Source: Paraspadella gotoi (taxonomy: Eukaryota; Animalia; Chaetognatha). Taken from it: a DNA stretch of 64,000 nucleotides. Every line of letters starts with the position of its first letter. The first letter of the stretch is position 1. Shown here in pieces: positions 1 to 14,466 of this stretch. The notes under the pieces were generated by a model, which saw only the letters and a list, made by a program, of their open reading frames with translations, was not told where the DNA came from and made no database searches. Made by a program: the position numbers and the translations under genes. The stretch is taken from the NCBI GenBank assembly GCA_051294375.1, contig CM119263.1:16613802-16677801 (forward strand). The letters are read 5' to 3'.

Positions 1-78
1 AAAATAACAATTAGTGAGATTAAGCATAACCAGAAGAATAACAAGAAGAAGAAGAAAAACAATAAGCTATGTAACTAA

Positions 79-1454
79 CCCCATGATATCTATTGCAAAT
101 GGCGGATTTGTGAGCCTCCGGTTCCACCATGTACTCGAATCCCATGAAACTAAAAAAGAATAGGAAGGAGACGACGAGAAACGAGACGAATCCATAGAAC
201 ACCCCCAATGTGGTCGTCCAGGGCGCCCTAAAACGATTGGCAGCGGGTTTTTGACGAGGCTTTGAAAGGCTTTCAAAATAGAGCGCCCAAACGTTATTTT
301 TACCTAAAGGATTTACGAACGTAAGGTTCTCCGTGACGCAACTCATCTTCGAGCACAATACGTCGTGACTTTTCGGCGTTGAAGTGCGCCAAACAGCAGT
401 CTGAAATCTCTTCTTCATCAATGTCCCAGAAAATGAGGGCCTACGAGAGATGATGATGATTCAAATAGAAAAATACTTTTTTTGTTTTACTTTCTCAAAC
501 CTTTCTGAATTCGTTAAAGGAGACTTCCTGCGGAATGTGCAACTCTCCGCTAACAAAGTAGTTGAAGACGGCGACAGAAGTAGGACAGAGTTTCTGTCGG
601 AAACGAACTTTGGCCTCTGTGCCGGAACCAAAACCGTCGACGAAACCTTGGTTGGTAACAAAAAAGGGTTTTAAATAAAAAGCTGTTCTTTCGCGAGGCA
701 CTTACGTAGAAAAAAGTATAATAAAGTTATGCCTATGTATCTTGCTGAAAAGACCCGAATTCTGAATAATGGGCCATCAAGAAATGGGAGGTAAGCAAAC
801 TGGAAATTACCTTTAGGGTATTTCGTTTCTCTGGCAGCGACATCATACTCTTCGCACAGAGTCAACGCGACAACGTCATTTCCAGTTTCAATCGCCTTCG
901 TACAAACAAAATTAATTTCATTAATTGGTGCTCTTTACAGAATGTGTAATACGTTCTCTATCCGAATGCTCTAATCAAGAGCCGATTAAAATATATTAAA
1001 AAATATCAACTTTTGAAATTCTATCAGTTACTAATTCGGAACCTTTCAACTTTTTCATTGATAGTAAATAGCCAGTGTTTACTGTCGCTTTGCTGGTAAG
1101 TAAGCAAGCAAGTACTCCCCTCTTCCTATTTATGTCCTGCTCTCTCATATACCGTAATACGCACTAAACCGCTCACAAGGTCTATTAAAGCTCTATCAAA
1201 GAGCAAACATTATCAAACTCCAAAGCCAACTTTATCTCTCGAGGCGAACATTTGATAATAAGTGAATCGCTCGATTTCGCATTGGTTTAATCAAGTGGAC
1301 GATAAGGAAAGCTAACAGGACTCAACGATGTCTCGTCTGGCCTCACCTCCAAAATCTTGGCCAACCTCGTCGCTGGGTGCGCCTCGAGAACGGAAGGCGA
1401 CAACGTCACGTGACTGTCGTCGAAGTCTAGGCGGAGTCGGGACACGAGGCCCAT
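79..1454 (-). CDS. 5' exons of a voltage-gated K+ channel-like gene (BTB/T1 tetramerisation domain plus first TM segment); continues beyond the left edge
   Basis: Joined GT-AG exons (~1454-1347, ~900-811, ~661-499, ~441-79) give MGLVSRLRLDFDDSHVTLSPSVLEAHPATRLAKILE...VFNYFVSGELHIPQEVSFNEFRKALIFWDIDEEEISDCC, matching the Kv T1 pattern (NY..G.LH.P...F..L.FW.IDE..I..CC). This is followed by NNVWALYFE and hydrophobic LGVFYGFVSFLVVSFLFFF. One apparent frameshift near 303. Confidence 0.65.
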
Positions 1455-2417
1455 GGGCTTAGTAGGGAGCGGTTAAAGTAAAAGCGGAGATCGGATCGGC
1501 AGGGTAGTTGAGTGGGTGACAAAGAATTTGATAATTAGTCGATTTATTTGAGCGGCCGCGAAGTAAGGCGCAAAGAACGAAGCTGATGTCACGATCGAGG
1601 CATTTATAGGAGTCGGCCGATTCCGCTACGAAAGTTAACGACAGTTTTTTATGTTTTTTTTTGGGTTTTTTTAAATTTTTGAAGCCAAATGGCAGAAGCA
1701 AATTGACAAATATATATTACTATTTGATATCGTAGTAAATTCCAATTCTTCCGAATTTTAAATTCGCGACTTTTATCTTGAAGTTTTATCAAAGGTCTGA
1801 ATTCAAAATAAAAACAATTCCAATTGAAGATAAGATTTATAATAAGTTGTTTCTTTTGACCTAAATATCGATCGATAGCGAACCACGCAAGTTGGAAGAG
1901 ATGGGTGCGATTTTAAGTGACGAAACAGTAGATCGAAAAGATGGAAAGTGATCGAAGAGATTAGATAGACGGCCAAAAATGATCATTATGTTTTAAAGTA
2001 ATCAGAGTGAGTGAAGAGCGACAAAAATAAAATACACAAGATACATACTAACAATGCAATCCTAAAGAATTATTGCTTCACTAGAGAATTTTTTTTTAAA
2101 ATTAAATAGTCGATTTGGAAAAAAAAATATGGTGTCGGAGTTTCGTGATTAAGTGCGAATTGACTTTCAGGGAGCAAACTTCCTCAGAGTTGGAGCGGCA
2201 AAAAAAAATTCTGTTTTCGCCCAAAAAGACGGTAGCGAAAAAGGATTTTTCAGTTTGTTTTACTTGCGTAATTCATAAAGAGAACTAATTTAGTTGACGT
2301 ATATAGCATCAGTAACAGTCGTACCAAAAATGACTTATTGCACCTAAACCATCCGGTTTTGGAAGGAAGTTGGGGCGCACGAGCGAGGCGTTGATCATTG
2401 ATCTTGGTATCGAAAGG

Positions 2418-2547
<130 letters not shown>

Positions 2548-4979
2548 CAAAGTAAGTCGAGAAATGATGGGGAGAAAATGAGGACTTTTTTACGCCAGAC
2601 GAGAATTTTAACAACTGATAGGAGGCCTATTTAAAGGACAGATCTCAGAAATGTATTCCCACGCCGCGATCATAAACGTCTAACTAATAATCAACGTTAA
2701 TAAAATTATATACGTTTTATTGTTAGTTTTTTTTTTCTATTAGTTTTCAATAAGATTATTTTCCCACAAACCATCAGTAAGCGTACGAAAAGACTTTTTC
2801 CTCTCGGCTTAAGATTCGGGGTGGAAAAATCGGGACGATTAACCGTTTTATGCGGCGGAATAAAAAAAAAAAAGACAAGAAAAAATAAATCGAGTTTTTC
2901 CGGTTTGGGTGAAGAGCTTTCATTTGGCTCTCCTTGGTCGAGCCTTGAGAAAGTCTTTGTTTTTCTTTCTACAATTTTAATATGTACAAAATCTCGTACG
3001 CAATTAAATTGGTCGAAATGAAATTAGGACGATATATGCGTGACCCTTGGTGAATTATTTAAAGTCTGAGTCTTAAACCGTCCGTCCTTTTCTTTCTCTC
3101 TTTCTTTCGTTATCCTCTCCTGTCCTTTTTGGTGTGTCTGATATAAATAAATGTGGTTACAATTCTTTTGATTACCCTGTCCGGATCTTGTACGACCGCC
3201 TTCTATTAAATGGATTAAGATTTTACAGCTTTCTCCGTCATTTCCTTTCCCATCGTCGCCATTCTTTTTTGCTTCTGTCTTCTTCTTGCAAATTTTGTAT
3301 CTCTTTTCCTTACTTTGCTACAAACTAATATAAGTTTTATTCCATCTTTTCTTTTAGCTTCTGTTGTTTCATTTTAGTAGTCTCTGACCTCTTAATTTTT
3401 TTAAGATTTCAATCCCATTACCATAGCATTCAAATGAAATTTTCCTCAAATAAATAATAATAAAAATATTTTCAAACTTATTATCAATTATTTAAAAAAA
3501 TATCATTTTTTTGTATAACCTTTAATATCTTTTTATCGGCTGGCATGAGAAAGATTAAAACTATATTACCAGAAAGCCCTGAAAAAATACTATCAGATTT
3601 ACACTAAATTTTATATAAAATGATAAAAAAAGTTTAAAAAGTCAAAAAAAAACCTTTTTTCAAAAGATAATTTAAAAAAAAATAATTTCGCCAAGTTACC
3701 CGCCTCATTTATTAAAAAATGGCCAGGCGAAAACAATTTTAAGATTAGCCTTGGGAACTCCCCAAAGTCTCTTTTATGGAATGTGACTAGTGTCACGAAT
3801 GGGTTCTTTCTGTTCCAAAAGTCGACAAAGGGTTACGCCGTGGTTATAATTTTAAAACCAGTTTGCTTTTCAAAACAAGCGATCAATGATCATATCTCAT
3901 TTCATTCTGTCAGGTGTTTTAAGAATTAAGATAAAGTTTCGTTTCTTGTCAAGAATAATTAATAGTCGGGTTTGGTCCTCTTTCTTTATGCCATTATTAT
4001 TCTAAAAACCTCCACTAAAAGCAGGTTTAACGAGTACGTTAAAATCTGGAAAATAAAATGTGTTTGCCCTGAATTGTACCATAGTAAAAATGGGGAGTTC
4101 GCTCATAGGTCCCTCGTTCAATATATTCTCTAATAAGAAAAAGTTAATAAGAAGATAGTAAGATGATCACTGATGATTTTTTATTTTTGATGAAACTTAA
4201 AAAGAATCTATATATAGACTATATAAATGTATTTTTATTCTAAAATAAACACTTAATTAACTTGCGTCTGGCGTAATAAATTTATACATCACAAACATAC
4301 GTTTATCATTACAAGTAAGGGATGAGATGACAAAATTTTTTTCAACGACTTCAAAGAAAAAAAAACTATTTCGACTTGAATTATAGTCTTTTTGGCCTAA
4401 CGACGAAAAGATTGGCAATGAGGCTTTATGGCAAGTTTGAAAACCAAATTAAACTTTGGCAAAAACTTAATCAAATTAATCACGTCATAAATCTAATTAG
4501 TGAAAAGTAAACAAAGAGACCTGGGTTCACTTCTTAGAAAGGAGCGGCTATAGTTCTTAAAAGGAACTATGAAAATAATGGACTGCTGAACAAACGCCGA
4601 TCATGACCCAATAATACAAGTCTGACCCGTTAATATAGGTAGTAAAATTTCGGTTACATATTGAATCCCGTCGACGTCACATCCCTTAATTTCTTGTTTT
4701 CACCAACTGAATTATTTCTAAAACTTTCTATCTTAAAAGAATAAAGGTATAACATTAGGGTTCCCGACAAGGAAAATCAAACCGGAAATTCAATTGAGGA
4801 GAAATGTTTAATATTTAGGAAATCAGAAAGAAGCGCTTGTTTTTGCCGTCAATGGCGACTTCAGATCAATAATGAGGAAGGAAAAGGAGATGATAAAAAA
4901 GTAAAAACCGGGAAAAAGAATAATAAAGTGACAGATAGTAGACAGGAAAAAAGAGAAAAAAAAAGAGAAAAAAAAAAAA

Positions 4980-4981
<2 letters not shown>

Positions 4982-5076
<95 letters not shown>

Positions 5077-5133
5077 TGAAAGCAAAAGTGAGGCTTTAGG
5101 CCAGTGTTTTAAACTGCCTTTAAAAGCTTCGTT

Positions 5134-5202
<69 letters not shown>
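4982..5202. repeat. Two (GA)n microsatellites (~4982-5071 and ~5138-5202)
   Basis: Directly visible. Confidence 0.95.
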
Positions 5203-5206
<4 letters not shown>

Positions 5207-6487
5207 GATCGAAACCACCAATTAAAGAGTAACGAGTAGCCTCTTTTTAAATATGTACTTAATTGCCGTCGAAAAAATAGCAAATATCTCATCACAAAAA
5301 AACAAAAATAAGTAATCTCACTGCTTCTATTTGAAAACGTGACAACGGGTACCCAGCCAAACCTTGTTAGCACTTTCATCACTACTATCAACCATAATCT
5401 ATATATAAACAATCAAACAGAGATAATCAATCAGAGATAAAAACACCTGTCCCAACATTAGGAAGTACCCTATATTTCGAATCCGCAGCCGCCGCGGCTC
5501 TTTCCCTGGAAGCCTGCTCTCTGCTTCGCGGCATGCAGCTGCGGGAGCAGCACGCGGTTCTTTAGTTACGTGCTTTCAAATCTTAAATAACATTATTTAG
5601 AACTTATTCGATAAATCATAAACTTGAGAAAGACTTCGAAAAGACAGCTGATGACTTCAGCCGATTTCAAATTCGTTTTTTTTTCCCCTTTGATTGAGAA
5701 ATTCGCCGACCAGAGAAAGGGTAAGTTTTCTAACAACGTCGAGACGGCTCTCTGCGCCAATCAGCGGCGAGCCGTTCCTCAGCATCGTTCAATCGTAGGC
5801 TTAGATTAATGCACCAATCGTCCGGGTCTTAATTTTTTTATATAGAGACTGGTTTTTCTAGTTTTAGACCCGTGTTGACAGACTTTTTTCGTGTCTGACG
5901 AGCTTGCAGCTGCCCTCTTTTTTCTGTTTCTTTGCATTGAATTCGATGTAATAAAACAGCGGGGCGACCAAATTCGTTGAATCATCCTTCGGTTCATTTA
6001 CTCGTTCTCTTCTGCCAGAAGTTCTGGGGTATAATGATGATAATAAATTTTTAGCAAAGGATACTAGTTGAATTCAGTTGAAATAAAATGAAACTTCTCA
6101 AGAATAAAAATAAATAATTTTAAAAGCTTCATTTGACGCTTAGTAGTAATTTCAAATATTAATACAAGGAAAAGGAAAAAGGAAAAAACAATTATTGCTT
6201 GCGATTAATTTTGGATGAAAAAAAAAACACAATTTCAAATACTTTTGCAGGATTAATCTACCTAGAACCAACTCAAGTATTATATAAATTTATCAAACCG
6301 AAAGAGCACCAACCCGAACACTCTCCTTCACAAGATTCTAAAATAAACTTGTCTCAAATCGCTCTAACCATCGAAGACTTTCACGAAAACGACATTCAGA
6401 CATGTGATTCGCTGACGAGCCGAACCTCAAGGGACGAGAGGAACCTATGTTACATTAATCTTCGAAAAATCTCCGAACGAAAGGGAG

Positions 6488-8621
6488 ATGCGTCCCGTTC
6501 GTCTTCGATGTTTGCTTCAATTGGTCATCGTCAACGTCGTTTTCTTCGTCGTCATTCTTTTCTTGTGGCGACGAGTCGAGTTCACAGGTAAACCAAACAT
6601 ATTATATTTTAGAATTTGATAACGAATTGCATAGTTCTCTTTCTTCGTTTGATCCTTAATAAAAACGGTAAATAATTTGTCAATTATAAATTGGTTTAGA
6701 AATAAAAAAAAAATAATTGAACACCTTTTAAATATTTTTTTAGCCTGTTTTTCAACAAAAGCTCTGCTACATTTTAATTAAGTTACATATGCTTTTGTTA
6801 TCTCAATTCCTTCCTGCAGCGTATCACGAGTTGCCCGAAGATTATAGCCGAACCATCGCGAAACTGGAAAAAGACACATCGAGACTGAATACATCGACGT
6901 CGCGTTCGTTGATCGGACTCAAACTCAATAGCGGAGAGAAAATCGCCGAAATCTACAGACTCTTTGGCGTCTCCGTGGCGCCGCTCGCTAGAGGGCTTAC
7001 GCTACCATCGATTCCGCCCAATCTCCTAAAGAAGATGGCACCAGCGATGGTCAAGATGGCGGAGGGAAAGATGGCGGCGTTTACGACGAGAAAGAGTCAG
7101 AAGAAGAATACGAAGTCGGTTTGCGGCATGAAGTCGGTTTGCGGCACGGGGCAAGTCGGATACTCCATTGACTCCGGTAAGCAGAAGTTAATGTGACATG
7201 GGTTTTGTGATTTTAAAATGAAGTAAACTGGAGTGGTCAATGGTCTATGTTCTTTTTAAAAAAGTCGATCCCGGGCATAATCTGATTGGGGAGATTAAAA
7301 TGAGGTAAACTGGAGTGGTCAATGGTCTTTGTTCTTTTTAAAGAAGTCGATCCCGGGCATAATCTGATTGGGGAGATGATCCAGAGCTATAATAAAGATG
7401 GAATACCTATTTACATATGTAGAATTATTTACATGATAAAGAAAGATAGAATTTAGCGTTTTACATTTTTATTATTTAAATAAGTATTATTTAATTAAGT
7501 AGATACCATACAATCAGATCATCGACACGGGCTCGTTTCCCGATGGTATGAAGCCTCTCTTCTCATTGGTCCGTTTCGATGATGATTCATCCAATCAGAT
7601 TGTCCTCGGCAGATTCCATTCCGATTCCATTCTTGGTTCTGATTCCATCTGCGATGATGATATATAAATTACTCATGGGACAGAGGGAACGAAGAAAATT
7701 AGTCCCTCATGAATTCTTTATTCAATTTTAATTTACGGTAAGGCGTCAAGAAAGACGAGTTGCCGAAAATTTGCGTGGACGGCGTAATGGCTCTCAAAAA
7801 CGCCGGACGTGGCATCAACGTCGTTATCTACGACGTTGTCAAGGAACAAGTGGGAATGAGCAAAGTCTTTGACACTTACTCGGATGGTGACCAGATTCTA
7901 AACTTTTTGACACGTGAAACGAACGCCAATCAGGTGAGGCGAATTGATAAACGAACATTTTGACTCAACGTGTGTATAAGGGAGACCAAAAGTGGTTCAT
8001 TGATCAATCTAGTCGAAATATCCACCTCGAATTAGAGGAAAGAAACCAACTGATGGTTTTCCGATGATCATACATTATAGATTTGTCATAAAATGTTCTT
8101 TATTTCCTCCCACTTTGCTTTCTCTTAATTTTTCCCTCCCTTTTCTTTTACATTCAATTACTTTCCGACTTTTCTCAGGTGCTTCTCTTCGTCACCTACG
8201 ATGACGCCACAAACTCCCTCAAAGACACCGCCCGTCGCTGGTTGTCCAAACACGGGAGCAAAAAGATCCTGGATTTGAAGTTTAGAGGATCGTGGGCCAT
8301 GGTGGGTCAGCGTGGGTTGGAGAAGGCCCAAGAGGCTCTCAGCAATCCCGGTATGGACTTTTAAAGGCTGAAATGTTTTTAAAAATATTTTTAGATTATT
8401 GATTAGATACCATTGCCCAATATCTAGCAAAAGTTCCCGAGTACGGCGAGCCGGTCCATCTTGATGGATGCTTCGCAATTCCGCAAATTGCTCCTTTAAC
8501 CGTCGTTGGCGTCGCTGACGAATTGGATGGTTTTGTCGAGAAGGGAACCCAATTAGAGGTTGGTGCTAGCGCTGCTTTGTGGCTATCTGTCTGTCTCTTT
8601 ATTTTTCCCCTCTTTAATTTT

Positions 8622-8666
<45 letters not shown>

Positions 8667-9676
8667 ATCTGTTAACAATCAAATTACAGCAAACATTTTT
8701 TTTTAAATTTTCGTACCTTTTTTGACTAAATTAATCATCATCAGAACTGTGGACTTGCCAATTCGTGCAGCGAGGGAGAATTTCCTTTTCACTTGTTCAC
8801 GGGTCAAGAAGATAAAATTACCTCAAAAATCTGCTACAATGGGCAAGTTTTCCTAAGGGTGTTCATAAGTTCACTGATTTATATCTAAGATTTGGATTTA
8901 AAGATGCACAGACCGTTTGGGACGGGATTACAAAATAGTTTTTCACATCAGCGTGTACTACATGGAGAAAGGAGTCAATGACGCTGGACGAGGACTCAAC
9001 GTTATCGTTATCGACGGCAAAACGAAAAACGTGACGAAAAGATCCAACTTTGACACTTACTCAGCTGACAGCACGGAGCTGGAGGCAAGTTAGCTTTTCC
9101 CAACTTATATACTTAATTACTTATGTATTGTGGCAACAGCCGGGTTGCCTGTGATGCGCGTTGGGATGGGGCATCTCACTGTTGGCTTCGGGGGCTTCCG
9201 ACACTCAGTGACGCCTACAGTCACTGGCGCGGTTACCCTAGGACTTTCTCGCTTTGCCAACGCAGATGGAGCATAACGCCGAGGATGGTGTGAACGATGG
9301 TGGACGTGAGGCTGTGTGAATATTCCGCCTCAGTATATTAATATATATACTAATATAAAAATATATCCCGACTTTTATATTGGTTGTACCAATTTCGTAT
9401 ATTCTTTAAACTCAGATTTTCCTCGGCGTTCTTCATCCCGGCGACGTGGCCGTCATCGTCACTCATGACGATGCCTCCACTCACATGGGCGTTTTGGCTC
9501 AGAAACTCTTGGCGGAGCTGGGCGGGGCGTTGGTGTCCAAAATGGCGTCCAATTTTCGGGCTGCATACATCCTGGTGGCGAAAAAAGGCGCCGGGGCCGT
9601 GGCGGAGGAAATCTCTTTGCCGACCGGTAGCGGATTTCCGCCGCCGATCAACGTTCGGACTTGTTTGAAACTATGA
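6488..9676 (+). CDS. Type II membrane protein with two tandem ILEI/PANDER (FAM3/GG-type, POMGNT1-stem-like) domains, ~8 coding exons
   Basis: Signal anchor MRPVRLRCLLQLVIVNVVFFVVILFLWRR. Domain 1: CG...PKICVDG...GRGINVV...FDTY...VTYDDA...FRGSWAMVG. Domain 2: CGLANSC...KICYNG...GRGLNVIV...FDTY...VTHDDAS...FRAAYILV. Exons approx 6488-6587, 6820-7176, 7743-7933, 8179-8350, 8409-8558, 8745-8845, 8952-9084, 9416-9676. Confidence 0.85.
7213..7376. repeat. Two-copy ~82-bp tandem repeat in an intron
   Basis: ttaaaatga(a/g)gtaaactggagtggtcaatggtc...gattggggaga occurs twice back to back. Confidence 0.9.
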
Positions 9677-10274
9677 CGAGAGAGAAAGCGCGCATCCATC
9701 GTTTTGCGTACAACGGGCTCCGATTTTAACGATGTCTAAATGTCCGATGGAGAATTTCATCCATGAAGGGAATAAATAGTTTCAAATTTAATTTATTCAT
9801 TTAAACATTCGTTATCCGAGGTGCATGGACGGCATGGTGTATTCGGGAGTTTATTGTCATGCAACTGTGACGAATTTTAAACGTTTTTCAGCGTTATTTA
9901 CTACCTAATAAATGTTACTGCTGCTGGTGAATACAGTAATACAGTATTTTTTTTTATCAATTCATGCATCTCATCTTTTCTATCTGTTGACGTTGTTATG
10001 TTTTAATATCTTCAAATTTTCCTGCGTCATTCGTTTTTCACGTTTGTTTCATAAAAATTTCTAACCTGCCTTTCGTAGATTTTTGATGAATGAATGTGAT
10101 AGACGTCGAATCTTCACAATGATCCAAAAATATCTAACTTGAAACGGGCCGAAGCGAAAAAAATCCGTTGAGGTAAGTTGATTTAATTAATTCAATTAAA
10201 ATTAATTTAAAATACTCTGCTTTGACGTCATATTTCTCTTTCGCCCAGGTCCCTCGGCATTCCCGACGAACGCC

Positions 10275-13200
10275 ATGGATATGAAGAGCCTTCTGTCGTC
10301 GTCGTCCGTCGAATCCAAACCGGAAGCGGACGATGGCATCATAACATGTCCCACATGCGGAAATCACGCGGCACAGCAAGTCGGCCGCCGAAAAAAGACC
10401 ATCTGTCCCTTTTGCGGCAACTTTTACGACATGGAGGCAGCGACGACGGCGCGCTTGGGAGCCAATGCGCGCGCCGCGGGTAAGTCTAGTATATACATTA
10501 TCTAACCTATCTAATATTCAAATTATTAATATACGTGACCTATTGACACAGCGAAATAAAAATATTTAAGTTTTTTGTTTGTTTTTTTTAGCCACTGACT
10601 CGGGTTCGTCGTTACCGGCCATCGAGACAAGAAAAACAAAAGGGCAATCGTTGACGGAAGGAGACGGAGCGGTCGGTGGCGAATCGGGTTAGTTTTGAAA
10701 TAAAAAAATGGTTGAAAATTTTAAAGTTCAAATATTTTTTGAGCTGATTGGAACCTGGAATTGGAAAAACAAACTGCGTTTCAGATAAGAAAACTTAAAT
10801 GATCTTCATCATTTTGGAAGTTATGTAAGTAAAACGGTATGAAATTGGTTCATTTAACAAATACGCTATTTTGTCCCTTGCCGATTCTAAGCCGGATGTT
10901 AAATATTTGAAGCGATTTTTGAAATATTTTTTCGTCTTAATATTTATTGTTGTACTATTTATTGATAGTCTTCCTATTTCAGATTCTTCCTCCTCTCTGC
11001 CGCCCATCGAGAGTCGCGGCCAACCCTCTAGCGCCTCGTCGGCCGGTCGAGCCTCCCCCACCGACGCGTCCGTCCCCGCTTCCGTTCGACCTCGGCTTCC
11101 GGCCTCGTCCCTCAAGATCGACAAGGAGACGGTCGCCGACATCGAGGCCGACAAACTGGACGCCAACATTGGCATGATGCCGCTGCCACCGGCGCTGGTC
11201 GCGGCTGCTGCGGCGAGACAAGCGGCTTCGAAGTCGCCGGCGACGACGCCAACGACGATGATTACCACTCCCGAGGAGTTGAAGGCCGCCCACGACGAAG
11301 CCAAACGAAGCGACGCCTTCAAGAACCTCGCCAACTTTTACGACTGGGCATTTGGATCAATGACAGGTTAAAATTCCATATTAATTCATCTTCATATTGT
11401 GTTTTATTTAATTAGCCGCTAATTACATCGAATTCTACTCGAGTCGCTAATCCGGTTAACTAATTTTGAGCAATAATCACGCTTTTTGGAATAATTTTGA
11501 TATGTCGTTGTTGTCGTTATTTCCATATCATAAACTTCTATTAAAATTTTCGAAATTGCTATATTATGTTATTCGTTCATCAGGAATAAATCATGCATTT
11601 CGCCTAAACGGAGGGAAAATCAAAAGCACCGTCGAAGTTCACGGGCTCAACATGGATTTCATTCACACAGCCTTCGACGTTTTAGTCAGTAAACATTAAG
11701 AATTAAATATTGAGACTAAAAGTGATAATTTGATTTAATTTTCTTTGATTTTCTTTTTTCATCTCCAGGTCAACCTCCTCAAGAGCTTCAAAAACTGTGC
11801 TTCGCGGGATCGTTGGCACACTTCTGAAGGACAAGAAGCTGGAACAGGCCTATCAACCGCTCGACGATCTCCGCTGCTTCTTCGTGTTGCTGCAAAATCC
11901 GCAATTCGACGCTTCGACGACCTACGTGATCTTTGCGCACTTGGTTCGTCAAGTATCGGCGCTGTCGGACCACGAACACCATTACCTCGTTCACTGGATC
12001 AAGAAGTTACCCAAAAAGATCTTTAGCGGCGTAGTCAAACGTCTGCACAACTTCGTCACCTGCCGTCTATTTCCCTCGGCTGGTGAGATTGCACGGATAA
12101 AATGGTAGAAAATCCATGTTTGTAGAAGGCCACGACCAAGGTTGCTCGGCCTCGTGTATTTCAAATTTCAATTTCGAAATTCCATTTAGTTCTGAACTAT
12201 TAATCCTCACAATTGTTCTTCACTCGCTCACAGCGGGATCGGCCGACCTTCCCCCAGAAACGAAAACTTCGTGGTGGATTCCGTCGGCCGTAAAAGTTTT
12301 GGCACTGCTCAACGCGGCCAACAACCTCACCGTTCCACCCATCGTCGATTACAGAGAATTCTACAACCAAACCATAGATCACACTGGTGATTGTTTTAGC
12401 AGATTCACAATCATAAAGGGCGATAAAAAAAAATTTGAAAAAAATAATCTTCACTACCTACAGAACTGATGGCAGATTACTACACCTGGCAGTCACCAGA
12501 ATTCAGCTCCAATCCCTCTCTGGCGCCATTCACTTTCTGTCAGTATCCTTTCCTTCTGTCTATTGCTGCAAAGAGGAACATCATGCAACGAGATTCTGAG
12601 CAACAGATGATTCTAATGGCGAGGAAATCTCTCATACAGAACGTGCAACAGAGACAGGTAAAGTCTAGCAACAAATCGTTCTTTCGATCATAGTTTCCGT
12701 TAGACCAGAGAATTTATAAATTTAATAATTTTTCATTCATTTAATATTTTTAATACAACCTTACTCTTACTATTTCAGGCACCCGATATAAACATGCTTT
12801 TCTTAAATCTCAACGTTAGAAGATCTCACATGGTTTCGGATTCACTTAACGAAATTGCTAGAAAGCAACAAGATCTGAAAAAGAAATTAAAAGTTACTTT
12901 TCACGGCGAAGCGGGTAAGTTTTGTAAAAAAAAAAAAAGGGTTTGAAAAAGTGGGACAAAAATATCGCTGAACGTAACACTCAAAAAATAACATCGAATC
13001 TTCGCTCCTCTTGCTTATCTTTAGGCCTCGACATGGGGGGATTGACGAAAGAATGGTTCCTGCTGCTCTGCAAGAAGATTTTTGACGCCGATTACGGAAT
13101 GTTCAACTACAACAAGGAAAGCGGAAATTATTGGTTCAACACCGTCGAATTTGAGAATTACCAAGAGTATAATTTGGTCGGGGTCTTGATGGGCTTGGCG

Positions 13201-14466
13201 GTTTACAACAGCACCATTCTGGACATTAGGTCAGCGTTATGCAGATAATATGCATCAGTAAATAAATATTAACGAACAATGTTTGACGACAGATTCCCTA
13301 AATGCTGTTACAAGAAACTTCTTTCACCCGCCGTCGTTCCATACGGAAATCCCACCGCCACAGGTAAATTTTGCTCGGGCTCGGAATTTTTTTTTGTATG
13401 CATAAAAAATAAATAAATGAAAACCTATTTTGCAGTCGGCGTTTGCAGTCTAGGATTGGATGATCTTGAAGGAGTGATGCCGGAAGTGTCGAGGGGTTTG
13501 AAAGAGCTTCTCGATTACGATGGAGATGTCGAGGACGATTTCTGTCTCACATTTCAGGTTCAACTCTATATTAACGTTTACTCTGTCCCTGTTTATGAAG
13601 AGGTCGATAATAGTACTTGATCAAAATGTTTTCTCTTTTTATTTATTTTTTTTGTACTACCCTGTAAAAAAATCGTAATTACTAATTACTAAGGTTTCCG
13701 TCCAAGAGTTCGGTCAAGTTAGAACTGTCAACCTTAAATCCGATGGCGGGGACATTCCAGTCACCAAAGAGAATCGACAAGAGTACGTCAAGCTCTATGT
13801 GGATTGGCTGCTCAACCGCAGCATCTACCCGCACTTTCGAGCCTTTTACCACGGGTTTCACGGAGTGTGCGCCTCCAACGCTTTGATCATGCTTCGTCCC
13901 GAGGAAGTGGAGGTGCTCGTCTGTGGGAATCCTAATTTGGACATGTCGGAGCTCAAGCGGCTCACTCACTACGAGGGGTGAGTCAAGTCTGTTAGCTTTT
14001 TTAGCAGAGAAAGATTTCAAAAATGGCAAAAATTGTATTCTGTTTTATTTATCAACAGTTACAGTCCCGCTGACACAACGGTTCGTCACTTTTGGGACAT
14101 TGTATTGGCGATGAAGCCGAATCTGCAGAAGCGATTACTCCGCTTTACGACTGGGAGCGATCGAATTCCTATTGGAGGGATGAGCGAGATTCAGGTATTA
14201 GATTAAGTTTTTCTTCTCATACCCCCTGTTTGATGTCAGAAGACTCGCAGTAATCACATGAAATTGGTACAACCAATATAAAAATATTATCATATTTAAT
14301 TTGTCTTCAGTTTAAAATCACGCGCGTCGACGCTGCCAACGAGAGTCTTCCCATGTCTCACACATGCTTCAACCAACTCATGCTTCCAGCCTATAAGAGC
14401 AGGAAGACTCTCAAAAAGAAACTGTACTTATCCCTCGAAAATTCCGAAGGCTTCGGTTTGGAATGA
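10275..14466 (+). CDS. HECTD2: HECT E3 ubiquitin ligase, HECTD2 orthologue (~14 exons)
   Basis: Exon peptides DDLRCFFVLLQNPQF..STYVIFAHL, SWWIPSAVKVLALLNAANNL, FCQYPF..QRDSEQQMI, LKKKLKVTFHGEAGLDMGGLTKEWFLLL, catalytic [11 protein letters not shown] and C-terminal ENSEGFGLE* match HECTD2 as I recall it. Short GT-AG introns. Confidence 0.92.

Noticed and set aside
9230-9260. GAGAAAGTCC on the minus strand as RNase MRP/P conserved region I, or TTACCCTAG as a telomerase template
   Set aside because: No matching CR-V/P4 partner and no proper CTAACCCT template.
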